Positions 35,191-39,561 of a DNA stretch of 39,561 bases are shown in pieces (the stretch's first letter is position 1; each line of letters starts with the position of its first letter). Under the pieces are notes generated by a model, which was given only the letters and a program-made list of their open reading frames with translations, was not told the DNA's origin and searched no databases. Origin of the DNA: Candidatus Obscuribacterales bacterium (GTDB lineage: Bacteria; Cyanobacteriota; Vampirovibrionia; Obscuribacterales; Obscuribacteraceae); the NCBI GenBank assembly GCA_036703705.1, contig DATNRC010000349.1:1-39561 (forward strand), in the 5' to 3' direction. The translations under genes were made by a program, and so were the position numbers.

Positions 35191-36984
35191 CTACTGAGCT
35201 GGACCCTGGGGCGCCACAGGATATGAAACAGGCGCAGGATACATTTGTGGTGTTGGATACGGTTGCACCCCGGGTTGCTGCGCCGGATGACCGGGCGGTG
35301 TTTGCAAAACATACGGCTGAGCCGGGTACATGCCCTGCCGGTTAATAGACTGTGGCTGTGCATAAGGCGCTGTATGGGGATGGCTTTGCGGAAAGCCAGG
35401 CTGTTGTGCATACTGTTGAGATGGATAAGCTTGTTGCGGAAATGGCTGAGCTGGATAAGGTAGCTGATGCTGGCCAGTATATTGCTGAGTTGAGAAACCC
35501 TGGACTGCTGACGCGGGCACCATATTAGGTGGCGGCACGGAATATTGCTGCTGCATGTGGGTGTTCGGGTATTGCTGGGGAGCCTGGTTTGCGTAATATT
35601 GCTGAGGCGCTTGGCTTGTGGGATATTGTTGCGACGCTTGGCTTGTGCAATATTGCTGGGGAGCCTGGTTTGCGTAATATTGCTGAGGTGCTTGGCTTGT
35701 GGGATATTGTTGCGACGTTTGTGCCTGCGGATATTGCTGAGCGGACGAATACTGATGAGCTTGTTGGGAACGCGGCGAATCTGGCGGCTGTGACTGATGC
35801 ACGTGAGACTGACCCAGCGGGGGCGCAAATGCCTCTGATGGCATCTGCCGGCCGAGTTGGCTAGCTTCTGTGCTGTGCAAACCTTCCTCCGCCGTCACGG
35901 GTGAGATAACCGGATACTGGTAGTACAATCGGGCGATTGTCGATTTGTCTCTTTTGGTCAAAGCATTCATTTGCCGCGCGGAACGTCCAAAGTACATGAT
36001 GTCGTTGACATTTCGCGAATGCCCGCTTATGCCCATGGCATGCCCCACTTCGTGGATGCACGTTCCCTTCACTTCTTCTTCATCGACTACGCCTTTGCCG
36101 TACCATGATGCGACAGTGCCAATCAAAATCTCAGCGCTGACGATTTTAGGTACGGGTTCATCTGACACTTCGCTCTGCAAGCGCGTAATACCGGCTTCGC
36201 CGCGTTCCCTGTTGTTTTCCATGATTGTTACCGGATCGCTCGTCCAGCGCACGCGCAGGTCAGCTTCAGAAGGATTTTCCACGAGCTTGTATCCCAACTT
36301 CCCACCCGAAGCCTTGTTCCAGGTGTCGAGTGCCTCAACAATGTATTGGCTGAACGAAGGCCTGTAGCCTTTCACTCCCCGACCGTCTTCAATGTGCACT
36401 TTGAGGGGAAATCGTTCTTGGGGCCAATGTCTCAAATCTTTCTCAGCGAGCAGATCATCCAGATAGTCAGGCGCATTGGGATCGTATTTTGCCATTTTCT
36501 CCTTGTCTGCTTGCAAATCGAGAAGCAGGTGTTCAGCTGATTTCCTCGCCCCAGCTGTTGGTGATTGGAGAAAACGATTTAGCCATGCGATCGCCTCATC
36601 AAATTTCCCTTGATCTTTGTAGCAAAGCGCAATTAGATATGGCAGATCTTTGCGACTTGGATCATAACGCAGTGCCAGTTCTGCTTCATAAACGGATTTC
36701 TCCGGATTGCCCAGATTGCGGTAGCAGTGCGCCAAGTAGCTGTGAATAATCCCGGAGTATGAACTACGATCGTACATCGCGGCACGTTCCATCAGCGCTT
36801 TCGCCTGTAAGTGCTTCTCACTGTCCATCAGCACTTTAGCTTGCGTCACCATCTGAAAGAGCATGTGCTCGGTTTGGTAGTCTCTTATCGGCCTTTGTCT
36901 GGCGTCAGCAGACGCGCATGAACTTACTGCCACTACCAGCAGTGACAATGTGAGGACTGAAAATGTGCGAAATATTGAACGCAT
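35191..36984 (-). CDS. TPR-containing metzincin-type zinc metalloprotease lipoprotein with Q/P/Y-rich tail
   Basis: Start moved to ATG 36984 (GGAGAG SD). MRSIFRTFSVLTLSLLVVAVSSC is lipobox-like. TPR region, then HEVGHAMGISGHS = HExxHxxGxxH. Last ~190 aa are Q/P/Y-rich. Confidence 0.85.
   Translation of the reverse strand: MRSIFRTFSVLTLSLLVVAVSSCASADARQRPIRDYQTEHMLFQMVTQAKVLMDSEKHLQAKALMERAAMYDRSSYSGIIHSYLAHCYRNLGNPEKSVYEAELALRYDPSRKDLPYLIALCYKDQGKFDEAIAWLNRFLQSPTAGARKSAEHLLLDLQADKEKMAKYDPNAPDYLDDLLAEKDLRHWPQERFPLKVHIEDGRGVKGYRPSFSQYIVEALDTWNKASGGKLGYKLVENPSEADLRVRWTSDPVTIMENNRERGEAGITRLQSEVSDEPVPKIVSAEILIGTVASWYGKGVVDEEEVKGTCIHEVGHAMGISGHSRNVNDIMYFGRSARQMNALTKRDKSTIARLYYQYPVISPVTAEEGLHSTEASQLGRQMPSEAFAPPLGQSHVHQSQPPDSPRSQQAHQYSSAQQYPQAQTSQQYPTSQAPQQYYANQAPQQYCTSQASQQYPTSQAPQQYYANQAPQQYPNTHMQQQYSVPPPNMVPASAVQGFSTQQYTGQHQLPYPAQPFPQQAYPSQQYAQQPGFPQSHPHTAPYAQPQSINRQGMYPAQPYVLQTPPGHPAQQPGVQPYPTPQMYPAPVSYPVAPQGPAQ
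35571..35733. repeat. 81-nt in-frame tandem repeat, 2 copies, in the Q/P-rich tail
   Basis: attgctggggagcctggtttgcgtaatattgctgagg.gcttggcttgtgggatattgttgcgacg recurs at 35571 and 35652. Encodes QQYPTSQAPQQYYANQAPQQY. Confidence 0.85.
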
Positions 36985-37099
36985 AATCTCTCCACTGATT
37001 ATTCCACCACGACATATTAGATAAACTTTGATAATTGCCTGGCGCCTCTCTTGGGCAAGAATGTGATACTCATATTGCAAGCTATTTCCAGGAGGATTC

Positions 37100-37996
37100 A
37101 TGCCTGACCTGCCAAAATCCGCAGCAAAGTGGATCGCTGTCGAATTCGAGACCGGCGCGCAAAATGAAGATTTGGCGAGCTGGCTCATTGTTCAATGCGG
37201 CGCAACCGGGTGTGAAGTTACTCCTTCAGAGAATGCTGCGAAGGTTAAAATCTCTGCTTCGTTTGATAAAACAGAGTTCTCGAAGGATGAGCTTGTGAAG
37301 TTGCGGGGAGCCTTCGAGGAATACGGGCTTGGTGAGTGCCTTCATTCATTGCGCATACAGGCGCGCGATACTGAGGATTGGCTCAGTAAGTGGAAGGAAG
37401 GGTTTGAGCCTTCTGATGTGAGCGACAGAATCACGATCTGCCCGTCATGGTGGAAACAACGTGAGCATGAACTGCCTGCAGGCAGAATGCTTCTATTCAT
37501 TGAGCCCGGCATGGCGTTTGGCACAGGATTGCATGCCACAACGCAATATTGTCTTTCCTGTATCGAAAAATTCCCTATAGGCCCGGATGTCTTGGACGTC
37601 GGCACGGGAAGCGGCATTCTTGCCATTGCCGCATGTCTCTTCAATCCAAGCGCGTCCATAACAGCAATCGATATCGATCCAGCCTCCATCGAGAATGCTC
37701 AGCTTAACTTTGAATTGAATGGTGTTGCGAATCGCGTTCATTTGCTCTTGGGTGAAATCGATAAGGTGCGCCATAAGCAATTCGACACGATTTTTTCGAA
37801 CATGACTTGTGAGGACATCATTGCGTTGTTGCCCGATTATGTACAAATGATTAAGAGTGGCGGCAGAATTGTTTGCGCCGGCATACTAAGCGAGAAGCTG
37901 GAGATGCTTCTTTCTGCCGTCGCTCCAACCAGACTGACAGTCGCTGATCAAGCGCTTACGGACATGTGGGCGGGGATTACTCTGGGCGCGCCCTAA
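37100..37996 (+). CDS. prmA: ribosomal protein L11 methyltransferase
   Basis: IEPGMAFGTGLHATT, LDVGTGSGILAIAA (SAM motif I). Typical PrmA length and layout. Confidence 0.9.
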   Translation: MPDLPKSAAKWIAVEFETGAQNEDLASWLIVQCGATGCEVTPSENAAKVKISASFDKTEFSKDELVKLRGAFEEYGLGECLHSLRIQARDTEDWLSKWKEGFEPSDVSDRITICPSWWKQREHELPAGRMLLFIEPGMAFGTGLHATTQYCLSCIEKFPIGPDVLDVGTGSGILAIAACLFNPSASITAIDIDPASIENAQLNFELNGVANRVHLLLGEIDKVRHKQFDTIFSNMTCEDIIALLPDYVQMIKSGGRIVCAGILSEKLEMLLSAVAPTRLTVADQALTDMWAGITLGAP

Positions 37997-38122
37997 GCGA
38001 ATATCCGGGGCTGGAGGGCGATTCGGGAAACTGATATAATTGGAAGTTGAGCTGTTTTTGTGTTGCAAGACAGCATGTGAAACCTGAAAATTGCACATCG
38101 TTTTGAGCCTGGTCCCTTACAT

Positions 38123-38519
38123 GGGGGCGTTTAGATTCGACAGGGTTGTTGGGTCGCAGGCTGCAGGTCGAGGTCGCTTGGATCCTCGTAAAAAGCTGAG
38201 CAAAAAAACAAACGCCAATAACGTAATTAGCGTTGACTTCACCGCAAAGCGCGCTCTGCGCGCTGCCTAGTCTAGCTTAGGCTGCGGTACTCGCTAGATT
38301 CCTGACTACCCGAAACTAGTGGGTCAACCAAGGTAGTTGCAACCGGGCAAAGTTAGCGGTTGATAGCCCGGTCTAAGAAATAACCGCGACCCCGGGTGGC
38401 AGTTCAGGCCATCTCCAGCGGGTCGTGCAAACGACAACTGGAGGAATGCTGAACTAAACTTGTAGATGCTTGTCTCTCGACTTCTTTGGACGCGAGTGCG
38501 ATTCTCGCCGCCTCCACCA
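38123..38519 (+). ncRNA. ssrA: tmRNA (SsrA), one-piece
   Basis: 5' GGGGGCGUUUAGAUUCGACAGGG. 3' GGACGCGAGUGCGAUUCUCGCCGCCUCCACCA. Acceptor GGGGGCG/CGCCUCC has G3-U. Tag ORF GCC AAT AAC...GCT GCC TAG (38214-38270) encodes ANNVISVDFTAKRALRAA. Confidence 0.93.
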
Positions 38520-38695
38520 TTTACTTTTCAAACAGGGCTCAAAGCATCATTGGTGCACGCTTTTGGGCATTCTCAATAAGGAGGATGTGCGCAAGTGTGG
38601 CCCCTTTTGTGGCCCGTCACGATCATTTTCTCAGCCGAAATCACCGGGTTTCCGCTCGGATTTTTGGGTGACGTTGTTTGTTGCCGCCATCTAAA

Positions 38696-39307
38696 ATGAC
38701 TTCTATGAACACAAGCCTTCGATTTTTTGCGTTTGCCACAGCAGGTCTCATGCTTTCCTCGCTGTCCGTGTTGGCGACGCCGTCTAAAACGCCTTTGAGC
38801 ACGCACTGGGAACTGGTTGCGCAATCAGACCTGATAGGTCGAGGCAAATTGGTCGTTCCTGTGACCGAGCTGAAAAAAAGTATCCGCTCCAAAAAATATG
38901 ACTACATGAAGCTGAAGATAAACATCACAGAAACGGCTAAGGGGCAGGTTCCCAAAGAACCACTTACCGTTCGCTACTTTACGCAGCCTGCCGATTATTC
39001 TCCCTCAGCTAGTTCGTTGGAGGCGAACGCGGGAAAAGACGTGATCGTCTTTTTGCTTCATGTCGATCGAGCTGAAGAGCCCGGATACTATTTTGCTGGT
39101 CATTCTGTCGATGCTGTGCGTCCCTGTAATTCAGCCGATCTTGCGGCAATACGGAGTGAAGTCAAAAATCAAAAAGAGATTGCTCAAGACTTTGGGAGGC
39201 TTCCGATTGGTAAGTCGACCGGGGCAGACGAACGAGTGAAGAAGTTATTTGATCGCCTTACCAAAAAGGAATCTCAGAAAGCTGCTTGGGAAGACCTTCT
39301 GAAGTAA
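38696..39307 (+). CDS. hypothetical secreted protein
   Basis: Start moved to ATG 38696. MTSMNTSLRFFAFATAGLMLSSLSVLATPS is a signal peptide. No recognised domain. Confidence 0.7.
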   Translation: MTSMNTSLRFFAFATAGLMLSSLSVLATPSKTPLSTHWELVAQSDLIGRGKLVVPVTELKKSIRSKKYDYMKLKINITETAKGQVPKEPLTVRYFTQPADYSPSASSLEANAGKDVIVFLLHVDRAEEPGYYFAGHSVDAVRPCNSADLAAIRSEVKNQKEIAQDFGRLPIGKSTGADERVKKLFDRLTKKESQKAAWEDLLK

Positions 39308-39339
39308 CGCGTAAAGATGTTCCCTCCATTGTTCGAGTC

Positions 39340-39561
39340 ATGGACAACGACCGGCCGCTTGCTCAAGCCTATGCATATGTGCCGAATCCGCCGAATTTCT
39401 TTGAAGCAATAGCGCAATACGGGCCGCCAAGAATAGTTGAGGCCGCTGCAATTCTGCTGAATCACATCACGGGTACATCTTTCCGGTTTGTGCATAATGG
39501 CGGTTCTGAGAGCGAACGAGTTGCCGAAGTAAATGGTTGGCGCGTCTGGTCCTACTACAAT
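39340..39561 (+). CDS. hypothetical protein, 3'-partial (runs off window); possibly a frameshifted continuation of 38696-39307
   Basis: Not in the ORF track. This frame is open from 39253 to the window end: ...EVTRKDVPSIVRVMDNDRPLAQAYAYVPNPPNFFEAIAQYGPPRIVEAAAILLNHITGTSFRFVHNGGSESERVAEVNGWRVWSYYN. First ATG at 39340. Confidence 0.4.
   Translation, partial: MDNDRPLAQAYAYVPNPPNFFEAIAQYGPPRIVEAAAILLNHITGTSFRFVHNGGSESERVAEVNGWRVWSYYN

Noticed and set aside
35163-35828. 221-aa minus-strand ORF in another frame of the Q/P-rich repeat
   Set aside because: It is repeat-driven open frame. The 35191-36984 frame is contiguous with the metzincin catalytic domain.
38470-38892. Short ORFs overlapping the 3' part of the tmRNA and the region downstream
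   Set aside because: They overlap the tmRNA T-arm/acceptor or the signal-peptide region of 38696-39307 in other frames, and have poor composition.
1-39561. Stop-codon reassignment (TGA or TAG as sense) to explain the in-frame stops
   Set aside because: Many well-formed genes in the window terminate at TGA (RT region GNAT, calpain, ORF 13830) or TAG (ligD, tmRNA tag) at the expected protein ends. The in-frame stops are isolated.

Overview
39.6-kb bacterial chromosomal segment, densely coding. It is dominated by envelope or secreted, signalling and housekeeping genes, and has many short in-frame tandem repeats and low-complexity tails.

Confident calls:
- glpK, pyroglutamyl peptidase, tRNA-Leu(CAA), a DUF885-type protein and an SPFH protein
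- a Ser/Thr kinase with C-terminal LRRs, an RraA-like protein, and a cupin with a divergent TetR regulator
- an EF-hand calpain-like protease with a paralogous EF-hand partner, and a membrane metallophosphoesterase
- ku-ligD (NHEJ), an alpha/beta hydrolase, a TPR-metzincin lipoprotein, prmA and tmRNA

The tmRNA tag is ANNVISVDFTAKRALRAA. From memory, ANN-type tags are cyanobacteria-like, so a cyanobacteria-related lineage is only a weak inference. Two partial genes missed by the ORF track run off the window ends: a TPR protein (1-1209, minus) and an ORF at 39340-39561 (plus).

The stand-out locus is 27.7-33.0 kb. It holds an Ec86-like retron reverse transcriptase (NAxxH, YCDD, VTGLVVN). The RT is preceded by a ~175-nt hairpin-dense region bounded by inverted repeats, a candidate msr-msd. 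The retron lies co-directionally 228 nt downstream of ku-ligD and has no recognisable canonical retron effector. The only nearby candidates are a GNAT acetyltransferase interrupted by one in-frame TAG, a convergent 71-aa ORF with a strong SD, and an (AATGCC)7 array.

Second-tier observations:
- a secreted thioredoxin-fold protein split by a single in-frame TGA at the expected redox-cysteine position (selenoprotein candidate or pseudogene)
- a ~64-bp degenerate intergenic tandem array
- several apparently disrupted reading frames

No transposase, integrase, CRISPR array or rRNA was seen. All homology statements come from reading translations by eye; nothing was searched against a database.
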